From contig SVCF01000002.1 of assembly GCA_015058475.1 (NCBI GenBank), positions 13,102 through 77,101 of the forward strand: 64,000 nucleotides of DNA. Direction: 5' to 3'. Within the stretch, counting starts at the first letter, position 1, and every line of letters begins with the position of its first letter. The translations under genes were made by a program, and so were the position numbers. Positions 9,996-20,891 of the stretch are shown piece by piece. The stretch is from Clostridium butyricum. GTDB lineage: Bacteria > Bacillota > Clostridia > Clostridiales > Clostridiaceae. Under the pieces are notes generated by a model, which was given only the letters and a program-made list of their open reading frames with translations, did no database searches and had not been told where the DNA came from.

Positions 9996-11522
9996 TTAAT
10001 AATAACAAATTATAGGCGTTCCTTCTTCTATATTATAAAAAACATCATTTGCTAAATAATATGGTGCATTAATACATCCATGTGAACCACTAGTAATATA
10101 TACTTCTCCTCCAAATATTCCTCTCCAAGTTGCATCATGTATACCTATATTATTATTAAATGGCATCCAAAAGTTTACTGGTGTTCTATAATCATCACCT
10201 ACTAAAACAGCATTTCTTTCCTTATATTTCAAACTATAAACTCCACTTGGAGTTGAATTTCCATTTATAATATTTCCACTAACAATGTCCCCTTCAGTAA
10301 TAAGTGCTTTATCTTTATAAAAATATAAATGTTGACCTGATAAATTAATTTCTACATATGTATTTCCAATATCATTATTTATATCAGTTATTCCTTTTTG
10401 AATGTATTCAGGTTCTTTTTCAATACTTTTCTTAGTATTCAATGAATTTACTATCTCTTTTACTATATTTGACTCATCAATTACCCATCCATAATCACCG
10501 CCTGAAACTTGAATAGTCTTTCCATCAGAGGTAAGAAAATTCCTTACTTTCCCTACAGTATTATATTTTTGTGATAAATTATTATAGACGTAATTATTTA
10601 TTTTTTCTGCATTTATACTCACTTCGAATTTATCATTAAAACCAAACCAATCAAGTATTATATTTCCATCAATAACTTCTTTTTTACTTCCTAATATATA
10701 TGTTATTGTTATATCTTTATACTGATTTAATACTTTCTTTGCTTCTAAAACTTCTTTTGAATTTATAGTATACTTTGGCTTTTCATAACATTCATTATCT
10801 TCTAAGTCTAAAACATTTTCCCCTTTAGAAATACTTTGCTTTATTGCTTCATATAATTTTTCTTTGTTTATCTGTGTTCCATTCACTTCATCTATAATTT
10901 CATATTTGTTATTCTCATATTTAAAAGTTGGATTTTGTGGATATGTAATATTTTCTTCTTTAAAATATCCTAGTGACTCTATGGATTTATTTAATAACTC
11001 TTCATCATAAATTAATATTTTTGTATCTTTATATTCTTTCTCACTAAATGTATTTAATAACCAGAACAAATAGCCTTGTTTTTTCTTAATGTTTTTTATG
11101 TATTCATTACTCTCTAAATTGCAATATAAGTCAATATCTTGTCCATTTATTTTTTCATTTAATCCATTTCTACCTTTTAATATCAACACATATGAATCAA
11201 TTTCTTCTTTAACACAATTATAAGCTTCTTCTACACTTTTTCCAGAAACATTAATACAGTTAATTGTTGATCCAAAATAAAAATGATTTTTAAAATACAC
11301 AGCTATTAAAAAGTATATTATTAATATAACTGTTATAGATAATACAGTTCTTAATTTAATTATTTCTCTTTTATATTGTAATTCTTTCAGCCTCTCAACT
11401 CTTGTTAAATTTTTATTTTCTTGCTTCTTAATCTCATATGGCTTTATAACATTATTTAATTTAAATATTGACTTTTTTCTGTTTCTTTCAGCTCTTGTAA
11501 TCCTCTTTTCTTCATTCTGCAT
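9996..11522 (-). CDS. L,D-transpeptidase (YkuD domain) with N-terminal TM and peptidoglycan-binding region
   Basis: YVEINLSGQHLYFY, TPSGVY, IGIHDATWR...GSHGCIN catalytic motif. Confidence 0.92.
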   Translation of the reverse strand: MQNEEKRITRAERNRKKSIFKLNNVIKPYEIKKQENKNLTRVERLKELQYKREIIKLRTVLSITVILIIYFLIAVYFKNHFYFGSTINCINVSGKSVEEAYNCVKEEIDSYVLILKGRNGLNEKINGQDIDLYCNLESNEYIKNIKKKQGYLFWLLNTFSEKEYKDTKILIYDEELLNKSIESLGYFKEENITYPQNPTFKYENNKYEIIDEVNGTQINKEKLYEAIKQSISKGENVLDLEDNECYEKPKYTINSKEVLEAKKVLNQYKDITITYILGSKKEVIDGNIILDWFGFNDKFEVSINAEKINNYVYNNLSQKYNTVGKVRNFLTSDGKTIQVSGGDYGWVIDESNIVKEIVNSLNTKKSIEKEPEYIQKGITDINNDIGNTYVEINLSGQHLYFYKDKALITEGDIVSGNIINGNSTPSGVYSLKYKERNAVLVGDDYRTPVNFWMPFNNNIGIHDATWRGIFGGEVYITSGSHGCINAPYYLANDVFYNIEEGTPIICYY

Positions 11523-11559
11523 ATTTTTACTGCCCTCTCCTCCCCCAAAGATTTAAGCA

Positions 11560-12549
11560 TTAAAAGTTAATTATAACTGTTGTTCCACTGTTAACTTCTG
11601 ATTTTAAATTAATCTCTAAATTTAATTTATTACAGAGCTTTTTACAAAGATACAATCCTATTCCAGTAGATTTTCCATAAATTCGTCCATTTTCTCCAGT
11701 AAACCCTTTATCAAATACTCTGTTAATATCACTTTTAGGTATACCAATACCATTATCTTCTATTACCAATGAAAATCTATTACTGTCTTTCTCTAATAAA
11801 TATATATTTATATATCCGTTTTCTTTTTTACTATATTTAATCGAATTTATAATTATCTGATTTATTATAAATTTAATCCATTTTTGATCGCTAACTACTT
11901 TCAAATCCACATTTTCAATATTAACCGCCATTCTTTTATTAATAAAGGCTCTTCTATTATCCCTAATACACTCATTAATTATATCTTCAAGATTAAATTC
12001 TCTTACAATGTAATCCTTACTTACATCTGTACTTCTTGAATAATATAAAGCTTGTGTTATATATTGATCCACTCTATTAATTTCATCAATTAAAGCAGCT
12101 TTTTCTTTTATGTCACTATTTTCTAGTATCAGTTTTGAAGAAGCTATAGGTGTTTTAATTTCATGAACCCAAGTTTCTACATATTCTCTATATTCACTTT
12201 GTAAGTGCTTATAAAAATTTACTTCTTCATGCATATTTCTATGTGCTTCTTTCAGTGCATCATAGAATATTCTTCCTTCATAATAGTTAGGCTTTTTTAT
12301 TATTTCAGATAATAAATATTTTTTATCTAGTTTTTCCATAACATTTATTATATCACCATAAAATTTTCTTTCGTTTATATATTCTAAAATCATATATACT
12401 ATTAAAGGAATAAACCAAATTAATAATATCAAAAATAATATTATTAATGGCATATCAGCTACTCTTAGAATAACTGCCAATAAAAGATAAATGCTTAAAT
12501 TCATTATTAAATATGGTAGCTTAGACAAAATATAATCCTTTATCTTCAT
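11560..12549 (-). CDS. BceS-like intramembrane-sensing histidine kinase
   Basis: Two adjacent TMs with no extracellular domain; WVHEIKTP H-box, NSIKYS, DNGIGI, FDKGFTG, STGIGLY. Confidence 0.92.
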   Translation of the reverse strand: MKIKDYILSKLPYLIMNLSIYLLLAVILRVADMPLIILFLILLIWFIPLIVYMILEYINERKFYGDIINVMEKLDKKYLLSEIIKKPNYYEGRIFYDALKEAHRNMHEEVNFYKHLQSEYREYVETWVHEIKTPIASSKLILENSDIKEKAALIDEINRVDQYITQALYYSRSTDVSKDYIVREFNLEDIINECIRDNRRAFINKRMAVNIENVDLKVVSDQKWIKFIINQIIINSIKYSKKENGYINIYLLEKDSNRFSLVIEDNGIGIPKSDINRVFDKGFTGENGRIYGKSTGIGLYLCKKLCNKLNLEINLKSEVNSGTTVIINF

Positions 12550-13214
12550 AATAAAATATATCCTAACCCTCTCTTAGTTTCTATTGCATTTCTAAAGCCT
12601 ATATCATCTAATTTCTTCCTGAGTCTAGTTATATTCACAGATAATGTGTTATCATCAATAAACAGATTTGAGCTCCATAAATAATCCATTAATTCTTCTC
12701 TACTTACAATTTTTTCTTTATTTTTCATTAAACATGTTAATATTTTTAACTCATTTTTACTTAGATCTACATAAATATTATTAAACGCTATTTCACCTTT
12801 GCTAAGATTTAGCTTTAATCCCTTATGTTCAATAACATCACTATCTACTCCTTGTGTTGTTCTTCTAAGAACAGCACCAATTCTTGCAAGTAATACTTGG
12901 GTATTATATGGCTTTGTCACAAAATCGTCTGCACCAAAATTAATACTCATAATTTCATCCATATCACTATCTCTGCTTGTCACAATTATTATTGGTATAT
13001 TTTTTATCTTTCTAATTTCTTTGCATACATAATATCCATCATAATATGGAAGATTTATATCTAATAAAATTAAATCTGGGTTACTATTTACTGATAATTC
13101 TATAATGTTTTTAAAATCATCTATTCCATAAGCTTCATACCCATATCTTGATAAGAAATCTATCAATTCCTTTTTTATATTATCATTGTCTTCTATAATT
13201 AATATTTTTGCCAT
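12546..13214 (-). CDS. BceR-like OmpR-family response regulator
   Basis: ILIIED, LLDINLPYYDG, GADDFVTKPY, NTLSVNITRLRKKL, TKRGLGY; 4-bp overlap with the kinase gene. Confidence 0.95.
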   Translation of the reverse strand: MAKILIIEDNDNIKKELIDFLSRYGYEAYGIDDFKNIIELSVNSNPDLILLDINLPYYDGYYVCKEIRKIKNIPIIIVTSRDSDMDEIMSINFGADDFVTKPYNTQVLLARIGAVLRRTTQGVDSDVIEHKGLKLNLSKGEIAFNNIYVDLSKNELKILTCLMKNKEKIVSREELMDYLWSSNLFIDDNTLSVNITRLRKKLDDIGFRNAIETKRGLGYILL

Positions 13215-13345
13215 TATAATCCTCCCTCAATATATGGATAATTATATATTATTTTTTATTTATTGTATATTTATTATATATATGTTCTAATTAACAATTT
13301 ACATTATACAATTGACAATGGTAGTTGAAATCTTTTCGAAATTTC

Positions 13346-13407
13346 TTTAATTATATTATTTCTAAGATTATAAGAATATATATAATCTTAGAAATAATAT
13401 AATTAAA
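13346..13407. repeat. 27-bp perfect inverted repeat with 8-nt spacer
   Basis: tttaattatattatttctaagattata (13346-13372) / tataatcttagaaataatataattaaa (13381-13407). Confidence 0.9.
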
Positions 13408-13487
13408 CTCAACCCATCAATAATCTGGTACTTTTTCAAAAAATACGAATAAATATTTATTAGATAATAAATTATTTCAAATAAAGG

Positions 13488-13793
13488 ATGGTGTTAATTA
13501 TTAATACTCATAATAATATTTCAGAATTCGTTAACTCACAAGCAAAAAACTATCTTACAATGCTTAATAACTTCGAAGACGTGCTAGCAGAAATTAATCC
13601 ACAATTAGAATATAAATTTAAAATTTCCACTGATAAGCCATTTCTAATATGCTCAATAAAGCAACTTGGACTTTCAAAAAATTTTACTTTTTCAGATATG
13701 AAATTAATTATGGACAAAGAAAATTGTAATGAAAAAGAAGCTGTAGTTAAATTATTGGAAAGCATTCTAGATGGAACTAATTCTCAATTTTAA
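13488..13793 (+). CDS. Hypothetical protein
   Basis: 101-aa ORF with protein-like composition, followed by a terminator hairpin (about 13807-13850); start uncertain. Confidence 0.65.
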   Translation: MVLIINTHNNISEFVNSQAKNYLTMLNNFEDVLAEINPQLEYKFKISTDKPFLICSIKQLGLSKNFTFSDMKLIMDKENCNEKEAVVKLLESILDGTNSQF

Positions 13794-14171
13794 AAAAGTT
13801 ATTAAAATAAGGTTACTGCATATTAAATTTTATCATGCAATAACCTTATTGGGACTTAACAATTTTTTCTATTTATTTTAATTGCTTCTATACTACCTGA
13901 TTCTAAAACTAACTTTGTATTTATAAATTTCTTTGAGTTAAAAATATTTAAGTTCAAAATTATTGAACTATCTATTTAAATATTTAAACTCTATTAAACA
14001 GCAAATTCATGTTACCATTATTTTATAAACAAAACCCAATACTTTTAATATATCATAGTCGATTTTCTTATTTGTATAAATTTTTATAGTTATTATAATA
14101 TATATTATTGAAAATCAAAATATGGATATATCATAATAAATTTGTGCCTGATATATCCATACTTTTATTTT

Positions 14172-14882
14172 CTATTTTGTTAAATATAATCCCTTTCCAG
14201 CTTCAGTATCTTTGACCACATCATTTGATATTATTGCAACTCCTGAAACATTATCGATACTATTTAGAACCTCTGATTCATTGACATCTGAATAATCATT
14301 ACCATCATATTTTAGAAGAACATATTCTTTTTTGGTTCCTTCCCCACTTCTCTGAACAATAATATCATTATATCCATTAGTTTTTTCATTACTGATAATT
14401 ATTGGATTATGTACTAATGTAAAATCATCAATATCTTCTAATTTACCATTTACTTCTGTAAATATTATTACGTTATTCTCATCAGTTCCACTTGTATATG
14501 GGCCCACTAATTGAACAAATATTTCATTTATACCATCACCATTTAAATCAACATAATTATAATAATATCTTGTTTCCTTTGCAGACTTTTCATCTAAGTT
14601 TAATTCATCAATTATCGCTTTTACAAGCTCTGGATTTTCTACATTTTCTGAAAGCTTAGATGTTATATTATCATTATCAATTAATATTATATTATTTTCA
14701 CTTTCTTCACTTTTATTATTCTTTACACTTGAATTATCCTCTGTAACTGTCTCATCTTTAACATTTGTGTTTTCAGAATTTGGTTTTACAGTTGAATCAG
14801 ACTTTGAATTACAACCACTTATAGCTATTGAACATACTACTAAACATACTATAATTATTCCTTTTATAAATTTGTTCTTCAT
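14172..14882 (-). CDS. Lipoprotein of unknown function
   Basis: Signal peptide with lipobox ISGC; DLNGDG Ca-binding-like motif; RBS AAGGAG. Confidence 0.8.
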   Translation of the reverse strand: MKNKFIKGIIIVCLVVCSIAISGCNSKSDSTVKPNSENTNVKDETVTEDNSSVKNNKSEESENNIILIDNDNITSKLSENVENPELVKAIIDELNLDEKSAKETRYYYNYVDLNGDGINEIFVQLVGPYTSGTDENNVIIFTEVNGKLEDIDDFTLVHNPIIISNEKTNGYNDIIVQRSGEGTKKEYVLLKYDGNDYSDVNESEVLNSIDNVSGVAIISNDVVKDTEAGKGLYLTK

Positions 14883-14946
14883 TTACCATTAACTCCTTTT
14901 GTACTTAATTTTATATTATAAGTATTCTCAAAAGCTGTTAATAATA

Positions 14947-15711
14947 TTAATTATCCTTTAAATATTCATAATAACTTATAAGACTTTGTCTTTTTTCTAA
15001 TGGCAAATCTGAAATGTCTAATTTATCTATAACCTCTTCATTATATATAATTTTCTCTTTTTTCTTTTTATTTTCTATTGTCTGAAAAAAGAAAGTAGAT
15101 ATTGTACTTGTGAGCATACTCAAAAAGCCTATTCCAGTTATCATAAGTATGCAGGCAATGAACCTTCCTCCATTAGTTGTTGGACTAATATCTCCATATC
15201 CAACAGTAGTAACTGTAACAAAACTCCACCAAAGTGCATCTCCGTAATTATTAATACCTTCTGATCCATATTCAAAAATATATATACCTATTGAGCTAAT
15301 TATAGTTATGACAAAAGTTGATCCTAATGCATATATAAAACCATTCGTAAATAAAATTTCTTTAATATTTACTAACAATCTTAAAATATATGCGACTACT
15401 TTAATTAATTTAAATGCGCTAAAAGCAGTAGTTTGTCCAAATCCCAGTGGAACTATTGCTATTAAGTCAATGATATTATATTTAAAAAAGATCTTTTTAT
15501 TCTTACATGTAAATAAACGTATAAAATAATCTAATACAAATATTATATAAATGCAGACATCTGCAATATTAACTATTCTCATTTCATTAGCTGATAGAGA
15601 ATCTGAGAATCCAAGCATTACAACAAGTACTGCTATAATAGCCATAGCTCCTGCACCTATATCATAAGCTAATTCAATCTTTTCATTGTTTATAAACTCT
15701 AAATCTTTCAT
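14947..15711 (-). CDS. Potassium channel family protein
   Basis: WWSFVTVTTVGYGDISP pore/selectivity filter; multiple TMs. Confidence 0.92.
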   Translation of the reverse strand: MKDLEFINNEKIELAYDIGAGAMAIIAVLVVMLGFSDSLSANEMRIVNIADVCIYIIFVLDYFIRLFTCKNKKIFFKYNIIDLIAIVPLGFGQTTAFSAFKLIKVVAYILRLLVNIKEILFTNGFIYALGSTFVITIISSIGIYIFEYGSEGINNYGDALWWSFVTVTTVGYGDISPTTNGGRFIACILMITGIGFLSMLTSTISTFFFQTIENKKKKEKIIYNEEVIDKLDISDLPLEKRQSLISYYEYLKDN

Positions 15712-15911
15712 AAAAATTTTTCCATCCCATGAATTCTTTTCTTATATAATAATTATAATACATATATTAGTTTATTAAAGCATATTTTTAATACATAAGA
15801 AATAATTTCTGGCTAATTAGTATACGATTTCTTTATTATTTCTGAAATCCATCATAATAGTATAATTTTTTCATTAGTCTATCTTTATATATATCTTAGT
15901 CCGTTAATATT

Positions 15912-16604
15912 TTAATTAATAATAATTCCACCGTGGAACATACATTCATAAACTTTAACATCATTTTTATAAATACCTTCTATACCATTAAACCATTCAA
16001 AACCTCCCTCAATACTGCATTCATATTTAAATTCACCATTTCTATAAATAAATGGCCCACGATATGGATATTCTTCTTTTACTAAACTTAATGCTTCTTT
16101 TAAAAAGCTTCCTTCAAATCCTTCATCTATAACTCTACCAACATAATTCATTGACCATAATGGTATCTTTTCTTTCCATATTGCTTCTTCACCAACAAAT
16201 TTTTCTCCACCTAAGTAAGTATCAATGTATTGTAAATTTCCTTCACAATATTTTAAATCATGTGAATTAGGTCTGCATGGAATCTCTTCTTTAGCTTTTC
16301 CAGATGCATAAGTCTCTCTTTTAGCTCTACATAAAAATTCTATTATTTTTTTATCCATAACATATTCTCCAATCTTAGTTATATTCTTTTTAAGATTGCA
16401 ATCATTATTTTTTTCTTTTAAAAGATTATCAATTGAAATATTAAAGTAATTACTTATTTCTATTAATTTATTAATATCAGGATAAGATTTTCCTAACTCC
16501 CATTTTGCAATTGCTTGTCTTGAAACACTCATTATTTCTGCTAATTTTTCTTGTGATAATTTATTAGCTTTTCTTAAAGCTTTTATCTTTTCCGGAAAAC
16601 TCAT
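15912..16604 (-). CDS. XRE-family HTH regulator fused to a DUF5680-like domain
   Basis: LSQEKLAEIMSVSRQAIAKWELGKSYPDI; C-terminal FLCRAKRETYA...PYRGP...FHGG. Confidence 0.8.
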   Translation of the reverse strand: MSFPEKIKALRKANKLSQEKLAEIMSVSRQAIAKWELGKSYPDINKLIEISNYFNISIDNLLKEKNNDCNLKKNITKIGEYVMDKKIIEFLCRAKRETYASGKAKEEIPCRPNSHDLKYCEGNLQYIDTYLGGEKFVGEEAIWKEKIPLWSMNYVGRVIDEGFEGSFLKEALSLVKEEYPYRGPFIYRNGEFKYECSIEGGFEWFNGIEGIYKNDVKVYECMFHGGIIIN

Positions 16605-16921
16605 AATATTTACCTCCTAATAAAACTATATCAATTTTCAAATAAACTTACCATAAACCACTCGCCATATATTTGTAAACTAATAGTTGCATATTAAAAC
16701 TTAATATATTCCCATTCCTCTCTAAAAATTATAACGTCACCAGTACCTCTGATGATGCAGTAATATAATTCCATAAAGAATAAAAATCACTTTACAAAAG
16801 TCTTTTAAATTACAAATATCTTCAGTATTATAATAAGTGAATTATAAATAAAATTATAATCTTGATATTAAACTCATACAAAATCATTATTTATTAAAAT
16901 ATTTTGTAGTTAGGAGAAAAA

Positions 16922-17578
16922 ATGATACTAAAAGTTAATGAAATAGAATTATTTTATGAAAAATATGGATCTGGGCAGCCAATTATACTTATTCATGGTA
17001 ATGGTGAAAATCATAATATATTTGATAAAATCATACCATTACTTAGTGAATTATTTACTGTTTATGCAGTTGATTTACGTGGTCATGGAAATAGTAGCAA
17101 AGTTAATGAATATAACTATGAAGATATGACTAATGATATAGTGTATTTTATAAAAGAATTAAAACTAGAAAATCCAATTTATTATGGATTTAGTGATGGC
17201 GGTATTATTGGATTACTCATTGCTTCTAAGCATCCAGAACTTTTATCTCATCTTATTATAAGTGGTGCAAACACAAATCCTCATGGATTAAAAAGAAAAT
17301 GGTATTACTTATTTAAATTAATTTATTTAATTACAAGAGATAAAAAAATAAAAATGATGCTTACTCAGCCTAATATATCAAAAGATGATTTAAAAATGAT
17401 AATTATTCCAACACTTGTTCTCGCTGGAAGTAATGATATGATTAGTGACTATAATACTAAGGAAATTGCACAACATATAAAAAATAGTAATTTAAATATT
17501 TTAGAAGGTGAAACTCATAGCAGCTATGTAGTTCACTCTCCAAAATTGTTTAACCTAATAACATCTTTTTGTAATTAA
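16922..17578 (+). CDS. Alpha/beta-fold hydrolase
   Basis: LIHGNGE, DLRGHG, GFSDGG nucleophile elbow, C-terminal His. Confidence 0.9.
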   Translation: MILKVNEIELFYEKYGSGQPIILIHGNGENHNIFDKIIPLLSELFTVYAVDLRGHGNSSKVNEYNYEDMTNDIVYFIKELKLENPIYYGFSDGGIIGLLIASKHPELLSHLIISGANTNPHGLKRKWYYLFKLIYLITRDKKIKMMLTQPNISKDDLKMIIIPTLVLAGSNDMISDYNTKEIAQHIKNSNLNILEGETHSSYVVHSPKLFNLITSFCN

Positions 17579-17598
17579 TAAATTATAGGAGAATAAAT

Positions 17599-18105
17599 AT
17601 GAAAAATTCATTAATTCCAATAAGCGATATTGATTTTAAAAATACAATTAATATAAAATTCAATAATATTTTAGCTGGTTTTGATTTGTTTAAAAACTTC
17701 ACTATTAATGGTAATGTTTCTAATGGTGAAGAAAAAATTATAGAATTCATCGAAAAGATATTTGAAGAAAATATTGATAATGCTTATATTGATTTTTATA
17801 TAAATAGAATTTCAGATAAAGATAAGGATAATTTGATAAATCTTATTTCTCCTAATGATAAAGATACTTTAAAAGAACTTATGAATATTGATCATAATGG
17901 AGTATATTTTAAACTTATTGATAAAAGTCTAATTCCTTTTTTAGTTCGTTTAAATACTAGTGAAGTATTTTTTGTTACTTTCTATTTTAACAATAAGCCC
18001 ATAACAGTATGGGGAAATTATAATATGAATTTCCCTTGCTTTATTGATAATGATGAAAACCTAGAATATTATTCACAATTAGCCTCTGAATTAAATTTGA
18101 TTTAA
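17599..18105 (+). CDS. Hypothetical protein
   Basis: 168-aa ORF with RBS AGGAG, 20 bp after the hydrolase gene. Confidence 0.8.
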   Translation: MKNSLIPISDIDFKNTINIKFNNILAGFDLFKNFTINGNVSNGEEKIIEFIEKIFEENIDNAYIDFYINRISDKDKDNLINLISPNDKDTLKELMNIDHNGVYFKLIDKSLIPFLVRLNTSEVFFVTFYFNNKPITVWGNYNMNFPCFIDNDENLEYYSQLASELNLI

Positions 18106-18219
18106 TTAAATTTGCTTATTAATATACGCTTATATATTAATTAACGAGTTATCCCATTAAGAAACTTAACATAAATAACTCGTTTTAATTCTTTGTACAA
18201 CTTTTGAGCAGTAATAAAA

Positions 18220-18627
18220 CTATTCCATCATATTATTATCAATTTTATATTCTAGAAATTCAATATATTTTTTTATTAAGCCTATATGATTTGAAGTAAA
18301 TTTATCATCTTCTAAAATTTTAATTAGCCTATTTATTGCATAAATCTTTGGGGATTTTTTTATTACTTGTTGAGTATTTGATTTAATATCTATATTCGGA
18401 CGATTATTATTGCTAACTCCCCTCAAAAAGTCAATAGTTACATTAAAATGTTTAGCCAAAATTTTTAAATTTGTATATCCAGGAGATGATTTTCCATTTT
18501 CCCACCTAGATATAGTTCCACGTGATAACCTTGTATCAAATTCAGCATTTAATTTATTAGTAAATACTTCAAGGCTAACATTTTCTTTCAATCGTAATTT
18601 TCTTATAATATCACCTGTAATATTCAT
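18220..18627 (-). CDS. XRE-family HTH transcriptional regulator
   Basis: IRKLRLK...SRGTISRWENGKSSP...LAKHFNVTIDFLRG. Confidence 0.88.
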   Translation of the reverse strand: MNITGDIIRKLRLKENVSLEVFTNKLNAEFDTRLSRGTISRWENGKSSPGYTNLKILAKHFNVTIDFLRGVSNNNRPNIDIKSNTQQVIKKSPKIYAINRLIKILEDDKFTSNHIGLIKKYIEFLEYKIDNNMME

Positions 18628-18805
18628 TTTTTCTCCATTCTTTAATAATTATATATTTATAAAACTTAAATATTAATATATTAGATTCAGCAGAAATTTG
18701 CAAACCTAATTTATATTGGCAACAATAAGCAGAACTGAAATTAACTAGGGTTTACTAAGCAAACCCTAATTAATTTCAACTATTTATATTAAATATAAAT
18801 TTTCC

Positions 18806-19240
18806 CTACATATCATATTTTTTTAATTCTACTATAGGAGTAGATTGTCCATCTTTATTCTTGAGTTGAATATCATAATTCTCCATAAGCTTCTTTACGG
18901 TTTTTGTTCCAACAAGTGCGCACAACATAAGATATTCTACTACAACTGCTATGTTTATTTCCTCTGCTGCTGCAAAAACTGTAACTGTTGTGGCTGAAAA
19001 AGCTAAAGACATTCCTACTGTTTCTGTCGCTGCAACAATACTTGCTATTATTGTTGCACCTGCACCTGATGCAAAAGCTATTAATGCTGCTAATTTTGTC
19101 TGAGATAATTCCTGTATTTTTGCAGCCTTTTTAAATCTATCAGCTAATTTTCCTTCTAATATTATTTCATCATATCTCTTTTCAACAGCTTCTTTCAAAT
19201 CATTTCTATTTGTTACTATTAAGGTGTTCATACGCGTCAC
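18806..19240 (-). CDS. Hypothetical protein with a long Ala/Gly-rich hydrophobic segment
   Basis: 144-aa ORF, RBS GAGGAAG, downstream hairpin at about 18736-18778. Confidence 0.7.
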   Translation of the reverse strand: MTRMNTLIVTNRNDLKEAVEKRYDEIILEGKLADRFKKAAKIQELSQTKLAALIAFASGAGATIIASIVAATETVGMSLAFSATTVTVFAAAEEINIAVVVEYLMLCALVGTKTVKKLMENYDIQLKNKDGQSTPIVELKKYDM

Positions 19241-19316
19241 TTCCTCAAAAAATATCTTTGTTAGAAAATGTTTTCATACTCTTATTATACACCTTCTTGT
19301 CATTTTAAACCATAAT

Positions 19317-20247
19317 TTAATTTTTATCTAAATACATCTGCTTACTTATTTTATTGTAATATTCTTCAACCTTAGGAGGTATTGTTTTCCATCCATATAA
19401 GTATACATCTAGCATTTTAGGAACCCAATATTCATTAGCATCTATTGTATTTTTAGGTCTGTTTTTAATATCAAAATCTATATCTTCAATTATAATATCT
19501 GGTTTTCCATTATATAATTTCCTTGAAACCATTTTTCCATTTCTATCTATTACTTGAGTTGCTCCCATTATCTCTCTAATATCTTCTTTATCAACATTTG
19601 GAAAGGTTACCCCTTTAAATTGAGCATTATAACTAGCATGAACTACTGGAACATTTAATTTCTTTGCAATTTCAATTGGAGCATTAATTGCCATTTCATT
19701 ATGAACTTCATTTAAATCTTGTAACGCCTTTGGATCATTTTCACTAAATCCCCACCAACATGAACCCGCTAAAACTAAATCAACTTTTCCAGCCATTCTT
19801 TTTAAAGTATCATATCTTATTTGCTCCCAACATAATGCTACACCTATTTCCTATTGGTGTTTCTAAAACGTTATTTTCATCTCCATAAGTATAAATGAAA
19901 TGTTCATATAGTGTTGGTATATCTTTACTATGTTCAAATACTTGTCCATTTGGAAATGTTAGTGTAAATGTATTATAAACATTATTATTTCTTAATTTTA
20001 AATATGATCCTCCTATTATAATATTATATTCTTTAGCATATTCATTTAATTTATCCTGAGAATCATCATATTTTAATACTGAATCATATAGTTTATTGAA
20101 AAATGCAAATCCTGTTGTAAAAAACTCTGGAAATAAAATTAGTTCTGCACCTTTAGTTTTTGCTTCCTTAATTTTATTTTCTACATTATCCATATTTTTA
20201 ATTACATCCCCAAATTCTGCGTCCATATGTACTGCTGCAATTTTCAT
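19317..20247 (-). pseudogene. Carbon-nitrogen hydrolase (nitrilase superfamily), frameshifted
   Basis: N-part has LILFPEFFTTG and HSKDIP; after a frameshift near 19847-19850 the other frame reads IGVALCWEQIRYDTLKR into the 159-aa ORF (catalytic CWE). Confidence 0.85.
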
Positions 20248-20279
20248 AAAAATTCACACTCCTAACTTAGATTAACTTC

Positions 20280-20849
20280 CTATATATTAAACAACCTGCT
20301 AATATCTCTTTTCATTTTCTTTAGAACATTTATTTCTTTTGAAATCCTATAATATACTAAATATCCTTCATACATTATAAAAGCAGTTTGAGCAAGATCT
20401 TTACTTTTATTTTCATCTATTCCCTTCTCTTTAAAAATTTTATAAAAGAGATAAATTAATTTTTGTAATGATTTCTTATAATGTTCAGCAATTTTAGGTT
20501 CAAAAAATGATAACTCCTGACCAACTGTAGTTAATGGACATCCATAATATTCTTTTTTCTCAGCTTTTTTGATCATGCTTCCAATGAAATTTTCAATAAA
20601 ATTTTTTCCATCATTATCTTTATAGTATTGTGAAATCCATTCTGTTAATTGTTTTTCATAGTATAACCCTACTTCTATGGCTAATGATTTTTTACTATCA
20701 AAATGAAAATAAAATGATCCCTTTGGTACATTAGTTATCTTTAATATCTCATTTATTCCTGTTGCATTATAACCATTCTAAAAAAATAATTCTGCAGCAC
20801 ATTCTATTATCTTATTTTTTGTTTCATCACCTTTATTTCTTTTATCCAT
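20280..20849 (-). pseudogene. TetR/NemR-like regulator with an in-frame amber stop
   Basis: ATG 20849: MDKRNKGDETKNKIIECAAELFF*NGYNATGINEILKITNVPKGSFYFHFDSK; TAG at 20778-20780; same frame as the 98-aa track ORF. Confidence 0.88.
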
Positions 20850-20875
20850 AATTTCACCACCTCTTTTTATCTTTC

Positions 20876-20891
20876 TAGACTGACTGGTCTA
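20876..20891. promoter_or_regulatory. TetR/NemR-type operator in the promoter spacer
   Basis: TAGACTGACTGGTCTA palindrome within a minus-strand TTGACA-17-TAGAAA promoter. Confidence 0.7.

Noticed and set aside
18677..18805. c-di-GMP-I riboswitch or sigma-54 promoter
   Set aside because: GCAAAC words are present but the GNRA/receptor architecture is not; TGGCA lacks a properly spaced TTGC; the hairpin fits a terminator
20778..20780. In-frame TAG as pyrrolysine or programmed read-through
   Set aside because: No pyl genes in the window, and the neighbouring gene is also broken; simple nonsense mutation is more likely
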